Made by a program: the position numbers and the translations under genes. A stretch of DNA of 57,111 bases, counting the filler, from Sphacelaria rigidula (Eukaryota), in the NCBI GenBank assembly GCA_964200075.2. It is 5 parts of 5 records of this genome, joined end to end, with 100 filler letters (N's around TTAATTAATTAA, not from the genome) between each part and the next. Parts side by side here need not be neighbours in the genome. Positions count along the whole stretch, not along the records: positions 34,330 to 45,671 come from CAXNAA020005043.1; positions 45,772 to 57,111 come from CAXNAA020005044.1; 3 more parts are not named here. One strand, 5' to 3'. How positions within the stretch are numbered: the stretch's first letter is position 1; each line of letters starts with the position of its first letter. Below, in pieces: positions 37,145 through 48,902 of this stretch. The notes under the pieces are model-generated. The model did no database searches, was not told where the DNA came from, and saw only the letters and a list, made by a program, of their open reading frames with translations.

Positions 37145-37370
37145 ATAGGGCGGCGCGTGCACTGCGCCAAGTTGACAGGGGCGCAAGAGTGGGTTCGATC
37201 CCCACACCTGCCTTGAGCAAGGCTTCCGAACGCTCGAGGCGTTTACCCCACATGACTGCCGCGAGGCGGTCTAGCCGAGCCTCCGGGTAATCAGCGCACA
37301 AACCCGCTTGCGGGGTAAGTTTGGAGTGGGGTTTCCTCCTTCCTTCAAGGACAAAAAGTAGAAGGAAAAA
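37145..37370 (+). mobile_element. Possible tRNA-derived SINE with structured body
   Basis: B box GGTTCGATCCC (~37191), then CCTTGAGCAAGGC and two short hairpins; single copy in the window. Confidence 0.4.
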
Positions 37371-39072
37371 AATGACTACGGGAGGCTACCGGCACAATCG
37401 TGGCCTTGAACGATGGCTGTAAATAATCCCTACTCGCGTGATGTGACAGTATACGGTGGGTAGCACAGGATGAGTTCGGTCAGTCTTGTCGCGTTTTAGA
37501 CGTCAGAGAGGAAAATGACGATCATGTTTGTGCAGTAACTGTATCTGCTATGCCAGCTTTTCCGGAACATCCGTCGCAAGTGTGTGCCTGTCGTGGGCGT
37601 TAAATGACATGACGCTAATTAAGGCGGAACACCACGTATCCGCAGGTTTGTCCCCCAGCGAAAATGGAGTAGGACGCCACCGTGGCGGGCGACACGTGTT
37701 CTCAACCCCGACTTTCCTGGCAGGCAAGACCTTACACGCCCAAAGCATTCCGCGTGGCCACAACATCTCCACGATAAGTAACACACAATTATCGGCGCCG
37801 TGGTTATGCGGTGCAGCGGCTGTTGGTCGAAAGCTGATTGTATGCAGGTGTTATCCCTCGTCACATTCGGGTAGGGTGTCCACACATGCAGGCGGAGTAA
37901 AGCACGATACCGGGGCAATCTTCGTCGAGCATTCTACCGATATATCAATTGCATTCATGTAACGCAAACATGAAGAACAGCAGGAGACTCTCGGGTGCAT
38001 GGGACAGCCAAGCACAGCAATTGCAGCCCTGACAACTGAAATACTCTACAGTAGTACCCCATTTGATGAAGGGGATGCCCGATGTTCACACTACCAGGAC
38101 ACACAATAGACAAGACTGTTGTACAACGCGTGAATCAAAACGGAACACAAAACATTTTGTACCAAAGGGAACGATGCATCCTGTAAATCTCGTCCTCCAA
38201 GGACACAATGGATGCATCGACGATCTAGCTAGCTGACCTTTTCCTTCCTCATAAATCTTAGTAGTTCTTGGAGCGCCGCAATCCCCCCCTTGTTCGAGGC
38301 CTCAAGCACTAGCTGGGAAAGCTTGGCGTTCGACATTCTCCTGCAAGAAACAGCCGCTCGGCCCTCCGTTGTTTACAATATAGCTGTGTGCTTCCTTCTC
38401 TGTCGTCCGCCAATTCTTGTTGCGTTTCTCTCCCACCTGCGCCCCCTCCCCCTGGTATTTTTTCCACTAGCTATACTATACTGCGCTAACCTGCTGCTAC
38501 AGGGCTGGAAATGTACTGTACTGTGCCGAGACTGTGCTGTTGTCGTGGACTGTGCTTTCCTGCTGTGTGAAAATACTTACGTTACGGGGTATACCACCTA
38601 GGGTGATAAAACCTCAAGCTCAATTTTCTCTACCAACAAGGTCCAACACTGCCATCAGACTCCATTTAATACTATTGCTTATAATTATATTAACATCAAG
38701 CAATTTTTAGCGGCATAATATTTTTAGGTTAGGATATAATCTAGGCTTGATGTCTCATCGTACGGGTGGTATACCCCGTTGCCTGCAGCACAGAGATAGT
38801 ACTCTCATGACTATACAAGGGGCGGTATATTCACCGAAGTGATTGACTATAAAAACAAGTAAACTATTTTCTAGTTAATGTTCCGAAACACCATCCGTCA
38901 GCAGAACAGAATATACCGTCAAGGGCTCATGATCACAAAACACCGATCTACGACTGCTGAACAGTAGCCGCAGCCACCCCCACGGGTACCGTCACCGCCG
39001 AGAAGAAGCACCACCTACATCTGCCGCTATTTCTGGCTGTCGCTATTCCCGGCTGTTCGTCAGCCTTGGAAG

Positions 39073-39391
39073 ATGGAAGTTAGCGGAGACGCGGGCGAGT
39101 CCCAAAAAATCATTCTAAACCTGCTGCATCCTGAGCAGCACCAGCAGCAGGATGAGGAGAACAACTCGGACAAAGGTTATGAGGCGGTAGAGCCTGTCAC
39201 CTACGGCACTATATCGGGCAGCACGCCCGTCGATAATCAGTTCCTGCCTCTAAGCGGGGGTGATGACCTTGGGTTGTGGAATCCCGATGACTACGACACA
39301 GCGGAGGTCGATCCTAATCGACCGTCCGCTAACACCCTGATCTATCTCTGTGCGCTGTGCTCGTCGCTGACATCGGTATTGCTCGGCTACG
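39073..39391 (+). CDS. MFS sugar porter (polyol/monosaccharide transporter-like), exon 1
   Basis: Acidic N-tail, then TM1 YLCALCSSLTSVLLGY; donor G|GTGAGA, phase 1. Confidence 0.9.
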
Positions 39392-41375
39392 GTGAGAGAA
39401 AGCTCTGCAAATGAGCCCCACCCCAAGGGCGGGTTGTTCTGAGAGGATACACAGACAGGGCAGGGAAATTTTAGGGGGAAGGAATCGCGTCAGGGTCTTT
39501 GGTTCGCAACGTGGGTGCTACTGGGAAGCCATTACAACAGTGTAGGCTGTGCGTTGCAACGCGTGTAACGAGAAGAATATGCAGTCATCTTGAACACAGT
39601 ACTACGGAAGCAAAGTACAGACGAAGCGTATACCGTACTGACTGTGCTGTGCCGTACACTGCTGTACTACAAATCTGAAATACGTTGCACACAGCGGACA
39701 GCCGGCATCGTCTCGCGTACTGTTTCATCAAGTTTCATGTTTTTTTAATGAGAATCTCGACCTGTTTCCTCTCGGCCGCTGACAACTACGGTTGGTGCTT
39801 TTGTAGGTGAGTGCAAACCATTCAGCGAGTATGCTTACACATCGCGGCTGCTTCTCCTCAATACACGCCAGCACACTCATTGGCTTTTTCTGTATACAGC
39901 GAGTTCTGGGCGTACACTGCTACTGTTGTCTGCATTGCTTCCTCACGGTGTTCGCAAAATCCGGCTTCTCCTCTCAAACCTTCGTATTGTATTTAAAATC
40001 ATTCCTGCAACCTTTGTAGCTGGGAATGCTGGGTTCTAAAGTTATATATGACGTAAACGAAAGAAAAAGAACCATGAAATTTCTCGTTTCGCCATGAGAC
40101 TGCCTGACTGAGCCCCCCATCTCGATGTTGAGAACATGAACTTCGGTAAGACATGTAGGATGTACGTATGTGGACACCAGTTTGCGTCTGATGTCTGTTA
40201 TCTATATTTGCTCTTGCATACGTAGTTCAAGTAGTAGATTTTACTGGGTGGGTGAGGCATATCATGAGATCATTGGTGACGAATTGTGGGGTTTCCCCCC
40301 CCCTAGTATCTTCCGATCAGAGACAGGTTCCTGAAGATGGCATCAGACAATAGTACAAGAAGAGTAAAATCGACATACACACTGCAGTCTGCAGTCTACA
40401 ACGGTACTAATTATCAGGACAAGCGTAGACAGCATGAAACGAGCCAACCTTGTGGGCAACTTCATGATTCGCAACTACAATACAGTATATACTTCCCCTC
40501 GTACGCAGATTCCGGCATGCCCCTTGTGAAGAGGAGCGCATCCTCGAGGCACAGATCATATTGCATCGTGCAAAGTTGGCCACGCGTATCCAACGCTTCA
40601 TCTGTACCAGTCAAAACTTCACTGAAACTGGAATTTGTAATGATGCACCACCTGCCTCGCGGTGCCCTTTTGGCCGCGTGCGTTAACCAACACCCACACC
40701 AGCCCATCCTCACTTCCCCTCCTCCCCCCCCCCGCCCCACATCCATCTGTTTTTGAGGTGTTCACCGACAGAAAAAAGGACGTGGTTGTGGCTGGGCAGT
40801 TGTTTGTCGTCAACTACGTGCTGTTGCTGTCGACAACATGTGCATGTTTTGACAGTTTTGCGGTACACCCGATGTTTTCTCAAACCCACAAGCGTCGTCC
40901 AAACTCGTTGCAAAACCGATGTTCTCGGGGTTATCCCTCTGTAACCTGTTTTGGTCAGTGACATCAACATCCTGAGTACTAAATCCTTTCTCGCCGGAAC
41001 GGTCCCGACTGGCTACCCGACCTCATCGCAACATGTGGGCGTTGTAATATTCGCTTGAACGCGTACCCACTTCACTGATCCCATGTCTACCTACCAGCTC
41101 CCATACACTGCAGTTGCCGTCCGCGAATCGAAATGTCGACTCAGGATGGCGGAGAGCGTGACTGTGGTTTGGAAATTGTCGCCGAGCGATCGAGCGTCTT
41201 CGATACGTTTTCGTGGCAGCGGCGGCATGTTTTATAAACCAAAGTACGTTTTGTCGGTGCACGCCAATTGTACTTCAGACCATGCCTTATTTCGCAGAGG
41301 TATCTCGAACTCGAGGTTCCCGATGTGTTTGTCTGTAAATTACTGTAAAATATACCCAAAAGGGAGAGAAGGAGC

Positions 41376-41582
41376 ATCTCAAACTCAGTTCCCGGTTTAC
41401 TGGTACTGGTTTATCAGCTGGCTCTGGGTTTTGTACTATTTTTTCAAGTGAAAGTGATGGCGATTCATAGAAAGACCTAACCTGGGGGGGTCAAAGAGAC
41501 TCATCATCTGATGAATCGCCATCACTTTCACTTGAAAAAATATAACAAAACAAATCAGGAAACCCGGAACCGAACTTGAGAT
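41376..41582. repeat. Inverted repeat/hairpin element in intron
   Basis: Perfect 30-bp arms TTTTTTCAAGTGAAAGTGATGGCGATTCAT / ATGAATCGCCATCACTTTCACTTGAAAAAA with degenerate outer arms. Confidence 0.85.
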
Positions 41583-41820
41583 ATCTTTAATCATAATTAG
41601 CCCATAATTTTTCGATCGAAAAAGTGCGGCGAAAGAGGAAAGATTCCGTTCTAATCGGTGGTTTCATCAGCATAAATAGAGTGGACACAGTTGACGAACT
41701 ATCAAATCGGATTTTTCTTTTCCGCCGCACCTTTTCCATCAAAAACTGATTTGCTAGGACGCGGCCTTACTCCACGCCGCTACTGATGTCGAACAGAAAA
41801 AGTCCTGCAAGCCTACTTTT

Positions 41821-42077
41821 CACGGTTAAGACGAATCCTCACGAGTTCAAGTCACCAAATCCACGATTTCTTGGACCTGATTGCCCAAAAGGGAAAAAGA
41901 GTTGACCGCTGGTCCAAGGGGTATCCACGCAAATTTTGCGCCATTCCACGTGTCTGGGCTGGGTGTACCTGGGTTGCAACGCTGACAACAAGGCCTAGGG
42001 ATTGATTCGTGCGATTCGAATCAGTTACACTTAAACCAGGTGGTTTCCAGACGAATAATTGACTTATCCGACCCTTG
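41821..42077. mobile_element. hAT-type MITE, 257 bp
   Basis: 8-bp target duplication CTACTTTT, imperfect ~17-bp TIRs, second copy at 53229. Confidence 0.9.
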
Positions 42078-42094
42078 CTACTTTTCAAGTATAA

Positions 42095-42963
42095 ATTAAA
42101 GAGTGCATTTCTGGATCTTCTCCGTCGTTTTTCTCTCGAAAAGAAGGCTAGGCGGATGTTGACACTTTGGAATGACTTGCTCCACTCGCTGAGACAGATC
42201 TGGAGCACCTTTGCGTTTCCCGTAGGTCACAGTTTCGTTTTTGGCCAAACTTGCATTTCCAATAAGTCAAGTTATAAAAAAACGGGGAGAACTGACATTT
42301 TTTTGGTAACTTGACCGTTTGTTATTGAAAATTAAAGTTTGGCCAAAAACGAAACCGTAACCTACGGAAAACGCAAAGGTGCTCTGGAGTGGCCTCAGCG
42401 AGTGGAGCAAGTCATTCCAAAGTGTCGACATCCGCCTAACCCTCTTCTCGCGGGGGGAAACGACGGAGAAGGGCCAAAAACGCACTTTTCAACCAGTTTC
42501 ATTTCGTTTTACATCAGAAGTACGCTACACATGTTTTTTTGCTTATTTTTCATCGTTTTACACCCTAAAAGAGAACCAGGCGGATTGTGGCACGTTGAAA
42601 CGACTTGCTCTACTCGTTGAGACGGTTCCAGGACATCTTTGCGTTTTCCGATGGCCACAATTTTTATTTTGGCCAAACAAGCACTGTTGTCCATGATGAA
42701 CAATTGAGCACAGTCAAATCTAGAAAGAAACTGCCATTTTTCGCTGGACTTGACCGTCTCTGGACAAAAACGCCCATTTGGCCAGATAAAAACTGCGGCC
42801 TCCGGAAAACGCGAAGATGTCCTGGAACCGCCTCAACGAGTAGAGCAAGACATTCCAAGATGTCAAACTCCGCCTAGTAATATCTTGGGGCGTAAAACGG
42901 CAGATCAGGGCCAAAAAATGATTTTTACAGGACTTCATTTTTGTTCGCCATGAGGAGCGGCCT
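42095..42963. mobile_element. Two adjacent foldback units related to the 14778 Harbinger-type MITE
   Basis: GACTTGCTC.ACTCG.TGAG / CTCA.CGAGT.GAGCAAG arms in each unit; right end AGGAGCGGCC. Confidence 0.75.
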
Positions 42964-43137
42964 CACCATAAAATAGTATGTGAAAAATCGTTGTAGAAAA
43001 GTCAAGCCATACAGCATCCGATGTGGCACAAGAGCCATACATGATGGTTTGCTAGGGAAGTAAATTATTTACGCGAAGCGCGATTATGGCCGAGCGTCCA
43101 AGATCGGCACCCGAAAAAAGTTGAGGGCCCTTTAAAA

Positions 43138-43215
43138 TCAGGCCAAAGACTAAAACATGGGATATATCATGTTCCATCAGGCCAAGGACTAGAACATGGG
43201 ATATCTCCTGTTCCC
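43138..43215. repeat. 39-bp tandem duplication
   Basis: ATCAGGCCAA(A/G)GACTA(A/G)AACATGGGATAT.TC.TGTTCC present twice. Confidence 0.85.
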
Positions 43216-44261
43216 CTGCACTGCAACATAAACACTCACGTCCTCTCTCATATGCTGTAGCTATCACTGTTTTGTGGTGTGTTTAGATCTTGCGAAGACA
43301 GTTTGGTCTCCGCCGGGATTGCCGGAGCTGCTGCATTGTTGTGTTCGTCCCTGTAGAAAATAGTGTCAGTCGGGACGCAGTGCTGTCTACACACTGACTG
43401 TTGAAAACTTCATGGTGTGTTGACTGCTTCGTCTTCCGTCAAACGAACAAGGCGCTACCCAGACCAATCATTGATGCGACACCAAACATGGCTGGGTAAA
43501 GGCACACAACCAGCGCGGGTATACACCTCTCGACCCGCTGGGTCAGACCCCGTGCTCCAGTGAGAGGAGCAATCCACAGCACAGTGCGGGTATGCTGCAC
43601 CGCCAGAGTACTGCTGGCATCGGCGCCAGGGCTCGTGGCCACGGAAAGGCGCGACTAGCCATACTAAGATGAGGATGTGCCGAAACACGAGCATCGCAAT
43701 GGCCCCCTACGGCGGCAATGTACCGCATGTTGTGTGCTTGCCTGCTTGCCGCTTCGTTCCTCTGCTGCTGCTCTATCCGTCGCGGCGCGGCTATTCATTC
43801 ATTTATTGTAGTACGTACACTGCAGGTGTGACTCGAGTCTGCTATCATAGCCAATCAGAAGCAGTTTTCACTGCGTAACTCACTACACAGGTCGCATTTC
43901 ATTGGCGCTACATTCCGCCGATTCCTTACTGAAGGGCCTCTGATTCGTTGAACTTTTTTTTTTCACGACAAAAATTCATCCCTACCATTTATGGGCGCCA
44001 TTTATGGGCGAGCGTGCTTCCCATTACTTTCCCTTGGGTACGTACGTCTATATTTTATAGACCAAATGTGATGGCTTACAACCGCGGCTGGGTTCGTGCG
44101 GGATCAGTTACTGTAATGTACGACAGCAGTTTGTCAGTCAGATATGCACAAATGAAGCTTATATATGAGCAAGGCACTACTCAATAGACCGCTGCTTAAA
44201 TCCATCTCCAAATGTCACCATTTTCTCTGTCGGGATTCACTTGGAATCATTCCGCGTGCCT

Positions 44262-44541
44262 CGGAGTGCTAACGCGATAGCCCCCCCCCCCTCCCCCCAA
44301 CCCAGCGCCAAAACTGTGACAAAAGAAAATGGTTATTCAACGCATGGTATGTGGTTGAGACTATCAATATATGAAGGGCCTCATATGGGCGACAATAGCG
44401 AAAGCGATTCCGAGCGTGGGGGTTTCCAGCTGCTCGGTGTGCTCGACCTTTGTCATTTTGACTCACATGTAGATCCTGCCTCCTCACTCCGACCACTTTT
44501 CTTGGGGGGAGGGAGCGGGGGGCTACCGCGGCATCACTCCG
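44262..44541. mobile_element. Second copy of the mariner-type MITE
   Basis: Ends CGGAGTG..GCGATAGCCCCC / GGGGCTACCGCGGCATCACTCCG; interior matches 19140-19310. Confidence 0.75.
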
Positions 44542-44614
44542 CGATGGCTCAATAGCGAGACACGATCGGTACCTGCTGTCGTGCCCGTTGCTTCTTGTCT
44601 TGTTGCCGGCGCAG

Positions 44615-44737
44615 ATGTTGGGGTGATGTCGGCAGCCATCCTGGATATCGAGGAAGACATGAGCCTTACGCCGTTCAAGGCCGAAGTGCTCGTGGGGTCG
44701 CTTAACGTCATCGCGGCATTCGGAGGTCTTATCGCAG
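44615..44737 (+). CDS. MFS sugar porter exon 2; gene truncated by contig end
   Basis: Splicing gives LLGY-D-VGVMSAAILDIEEDMSLTPFKAEVLVGSLNVIAAFGGLIAG, the canonical GYDxGVMS motif and TM2; phase 1 to 1. Confidence 0.92.
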
Positions 44738-45129
44738 GTGAAGTTCGAAATTCGTTTCTCCGCGCGTAGGCTCGCGCGGCTCTTGGAAACGAACCATGTG
44801 ATTCAATGGATACAAGTTCTTTTGTATGGGATTGGCTTGTCGCAAGTGAACCGGCCCGCTGCAAATCCGCACGGGATACGTACTACATGCAAACAAGGTC
44901 AAACTACTTTAGTAGAGTTTACCCCAGTTCGACTCCACAAACTCATGGTTGAAACATGCGTGCTTTTAATATTAACACTGAGATTTCGGATCTTCAGTGG
45001 AGCTTACAGTCCCTAGTGTTCCTCCTGGCGTCGGCAGCACGCATTTTTGTTCAAGTCGGCGCCTGAGTGAAGGGCTGCCCACGCACATTTTCCCCTAGGG
45101 CGCCCTCGGCGTCCCTCCTTGCCCGCCTC

Positions 45130-45671
45130 GTTTTGAGGGTTGGCGTCGGTCGGCAACGACGCTGTGAAATACGTCGCTCATTGCATAAGCTAGGCAATCA
45201 AGTTTCGGGAGGGGGGGGGGGTGTACTCATGATCATGCATGCCATAGTCATAAGACCAATCCCGGGGGGGGTCGTTTGCATTTTTTTTTTTCGGTAACCA
45301 TGGTGATGGTCTAGTATTGTGTAGGGTGGGAGAACCCGAACTCCGCGCGAAGGGGGTGGTCGTACTACGTAGTGTTTATATATTGAGACAACCATGGAGA
45401 CTGTATGTAACGCGTGGTTGACTCTGAAAGTGACGGTATCAGAAAATGAAGCAATTTTTATCGGAGGCTGTCATGCATACACGAGATGATTAGTACGATT
45501 TGGGGCGAACATCTCTTGGCAAGATGCAGCTCACCCTTCATGTGACTCGCATAATACCTCACGGCGCTTCGCGCTTGGTGATTGTTTGCGAGCCTGGTCC
45601 GGCGAAAACCCAGCGTGTTCCGTCCCGACTTTGTAGAAATGCGAGGTCAATGGTCTGATGACTATGGCGTG
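45130..45671 (+). mobile_element. LINE-like family B 3' region with an inverted B tail nested at ~45206-45262
   Basis: Collinear with 36460-36940 apart from the nested insert. Confidence 0.75.
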
Positions 45672-45771
45672 NNNNNNNNNNNNNNNNNNNNNNNNNNNNN
45701 NNNNNNNNNNNNNNNTTAATTAATTAANNNNNNNNNNNNNNNNNNNNNNNNNNNNNNNNNNNNNNNNNNNN
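45672..45771. other. Artificial contig linker
   Basis: N44-TTAATTAATTAA-N44. Confidence 0.98.

Positions 45772-45827
<56 letters not shown>
45772..45827. repeat. (AAT)n microsatellite at contig end
   Basis: About 18 perfect units. Confidence 0.97.
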
Positions 45828-45877
45828 TACACATGACCGGTGCTACACGTGTAATGTTCACGTGCCTACATTCCTGA

Positions 45878-46085
45878 ACCAGTTCAAAAGTGGACATGAA
45901 AGATCTTCACGTTCACCGTTCGCTTCAAAGGTGGTCACGTGAGACCTGTGTCCAGTTCGAAGAATGGTCATGCGAGAGCTGCACTTGGTTCAAAGATTGT
46001 TACGCGAGACTTCAGCTTTTGCCGTCCCCTTCAAAAGCGGTCATGTGAGTGTTGTACCGCTTCAAATATGACCATCTAAGAGCTC
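45878..46085. repeat. Degenerate minisatellite, six TTCAAA..TGGTCA(T/C)G.GAGA motifs
   Basis: Motifs near 45882, 45923, 45955, 45988, 46030 and 46060; spacing 30-42 bp. Confidence 0.65.
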
Positions 46086-47236
46086 GCCCTACACGTGAAA
46101 AGTCATGAAGCATTGTTGGTCTAAGCGGCCGACTGGTCGTGGAGAGCGCGACCTTACTGGTGGAACCCCTTCTGTATATCATAACACCGGAAATAGTGTA
46201 AGACCGACAAAATCATTGTCAATGAAAAACTTGACGAGTAACGGCAACAACGGGCGCGATTCCGTGAATACTGACGCTACACAATGCACACACACAATAT
46301 ATATATATATATATATATACGTGAGGGTTTCGATCGCTTACGCCGCCACACTCACTTGATCGATTTTCGAGATACATGAGCACCGGTGATAGTTATATGC
46401 ATTGCGCGATGGTTCATGCAATAGTTGAAAGGAAAGCTGAGCACGTTGTGCGTGACCTTGCGCAAAATCTCTTCAGCATTCAATGAGAGACGGTCCGAAA
46501 GCCATGCCGATACAGTTTTCAACGGAATTGATACCGATTCAAATTGGAAGAAAAAGTGATCCACTGTATTCAGCCACTCATGATGAAATAATATCACATG
46601 TACGGTGGAGTGAGCAGCAGTAGCTGCGGCAGCAGTACGGATACAAAAAAAAAAAACACAGTTGAGACGATGCGACATGCGTGCAATATGATGACACGCT
46701 CGAGGTGTGCTGCCTTGCCCTGGGAGTAAGCTGTGTTCAGCGGAGAGGCGATGGCACGCTCACCGTTTCAAATCGTTGCAAGTAAAGCGAACTGCTCCAT
46801 TCCGATTCCAAACTAAACATAAAGCCGATTCCATTTCCAATTGGAAAATGATGCCGATTTCATGACTGAATCGGATCTGTGAGCGGTCAAGCAAGACGGC
46901 GTTACCTCCTACGGCCGAAGGGTCCATTTAGACGTCGAGATAAGGAACGCATCAGACGGGGCGCATCGCAACGCCATAGCGCCATGCGGAACGAAACGCG
47001 GACAGCAAATGTGCAACAAACTCAAGCAGAAACCGAACGCACCCCAATGTCAGGCGAAATATTATGCCAAGGGATCTCACCGGAGAATGACGTGCTCTAG
47101 AATCAAGTGAAGAAGAAATGAAGAAATGCGGGCTCGCATACAGTACTCGACAAAAAAATGGCGGTTTGGCCCAAGTGCTCATCCAACGCGGGCGGGCAGA
47201 CCGGGGGGAGGTTAGGGGGGAGGGCGGGGGGGAGCG

Positions 47237-47450
47237 TACTCATTTGCTGCTTGCCTTAGTCGTTTGACCATTGACCACGCATCCCCTTCGAGACGGAGGG
47301 GAGGGCGGGGGGCGGGGAGTACTCATGACCTTCCTTGCATGTCATAGTCATACGACCGTTGACCTCGCATCCTTACAGGGCCGGGACGGAGCACGCACAC
47401 TGGGCTTTCGCCGGACCAGGTTCTCAATCAATCATCAAGCGCGAAGCGCC
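47237..47450 (-). mobile_element. Stacked LINE-like tails (family A then family B)
   Basis: GTACTCATTTGCTGCTTGCC.. and GTACTCATGACC..; each preceded by a G-run on the plus strand. Confidence 0.75.
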
Positions 47451-47538
47451 GGTTGGGAGAGGAGCATGAAAACATTATGGGGAAGTTCGACACATGGTGC
47501 ATACATTGGCATCAATCAGCACACAGTCCCTTCGGTAC

Positions 47539-47857
47539 CTGCAGGGGGAAAACCCGGGAAGGTCGCTGAAGGTGTTGCGAGTGTTGCTCCGAGGCTGAAT
47601 CCTGTTGTTGCTGCGCCGCCGACAACAACGCCTTCTCGTTGTAGGAACCCCCAGTTACTGGGGGATTGTTATACTCCTTTTCCTCCGTCCCGTGTCTTCT
47701 TCCTGCAACAGCCTGATCATTGTTGACCTGCCTGTCGCCGTTGGCTGTTACTGACGATTCACCGTTGATCTTTTCCTGTGTGCTGGCTTTGATGCTGCCT
47801 TCGCGGGGGGCGGATTTAGGGCGCCAGGTACTGCTCAACAGTCCAGCGATCACAGAG
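47539..47857 (-). CDS. WDR47-like exon E (low-complexity linker)
   Basis: TGACAG acceptor, CAG|GTACCG donor, 319 nt, phase 2 to 0. Confidence 0.75.
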
Positions 47858-48224
47858 CTGTCAACCACAGGCACGCACACACATCCGCATGGGTTGTGGA
47901 ATGATCAGACTAGAAAACCCTGCGGTGGTTGGTGGGTGACTCTTTCCGGTGAAGGCGTATGGGGGGGAATGAGTTACGTGTGTCAACATGGAACATGGGT
48001 AACATCAAGTATCAAATCCCTTACGTCGGCAAATAACTACGATTCAATTCGCCAAAAATCTGCCGAACGAAAAACATGACAGCAGGGTGTAACGCTTCTG
48101 ATCCGCCTCCCGCCCCTCGTCCGAAAGTGGTTAACACCAACCGTGCGCTGCATACCGCTTTGTATTGGCGAAACCACCGTTTTCGTTCCTTCATCCCCCT
48201 CCCAGCCCCGTGCGACGCCTTTAC

Positions 48225-48322
48225 CTTGAGAAAGGGATGCTCGGGTCCTGCCGTCGCGCCTCTTGGGCTTGAAACAAGCAAGCCTGTCGGCAGAGCAATT
48301 CCAACTGCCCCGTGGGAACCGT
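48225..48322 (-). CDS. WDR47-like exon D (TVPTGQLELLCRQACLFQAQEARRQDPSIPFS)
   Basis: CCACAG acceptor, AG|GTAAAG donor, phase 0 to 2; VPxxxLxxLxxQAxxFQ helix typical of LisH/CTLH WD proteins. Confidence 0.85.
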
Positions 48323-48451
48323 CTGTGGAAGAAAAAATGGTCAAAGTTGACACAAGCGACGCGAGGACGGTGGATAGATATAGCGAGGCCGACGGGTGTT
48401 TCCGAGAGGTGGATCCGGAAGCACGAGCGGGAGGAAGGGGAGAGGGGGGGG

Positions 48452-48620
48452 GTACTCATTTTTTGCTTGCCTTAGTCGTTCGAGCATTGACCACACATCC
48501 CTTGCGACACGGAGCACCATGTGTCGTGGGGGTGTACTTATGATCTTGCATGCCGTAGTCATGTGGTGATTGACCTCGCATCCCTACAAAGCCGGGACGG
48601 AGCCCGCCGAGTTTTCGTCA
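48452..48620 (-). mobile_element. Stacked LINE-like tails (A then B) in intron
   Basis: Same arrangement as 47237-47450. Confidence 0.75.
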
Positions 48621-48710
48621 ATTGTGGAATAGACATAGAAAAGCTGTGGATCATGACGCATAGAAAGACTAGAGTGAAACATGACAAACACGACGCCAGA
48701 CACAACGTAC

Positions 48711-48902
48711 CTTCATGGGGGCTTCTTGGCCCGGGAAAATTAGGCCTGCATACTCCTTTAACGCCTCGAAACACCAAAACCTCCCGAGGTGAGGCGTCCA
48801 TGCCGAGTACTGGGGGTGACTCCGTACGGTCGGGAGAGTCAGGCAGCAGCACAGCTCATCGAACTCTTTCGTACAACATCCAGACTCCAGTCGATGCAGT
48901 GC
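48711..48902 (-). CDS. WDR47: WDR47-like exon C
   Basis: ALHRLESGCCTKEFDELCCCLTLPTVRSHPQYSAWTPHLGRFWCFEAL matches the remembered WDR47 pattern LHxLExxC...LCxxLTLPxLxxHxxFxxWxPxxxRxxCFE; 192 nt, phase 0 to 0; frame absent from the ORF track. Confidence 0.88.

Noticed and set aside
45878..46085. CRISPR-like interspaced repeats
   Set aside because: Repeats are too degenerate and the intervening sequences resemble each other
44615..47857. Convergent or nested sugar porter and WDR47-like genes
   Set aside because: They are on different contigs joined artificially
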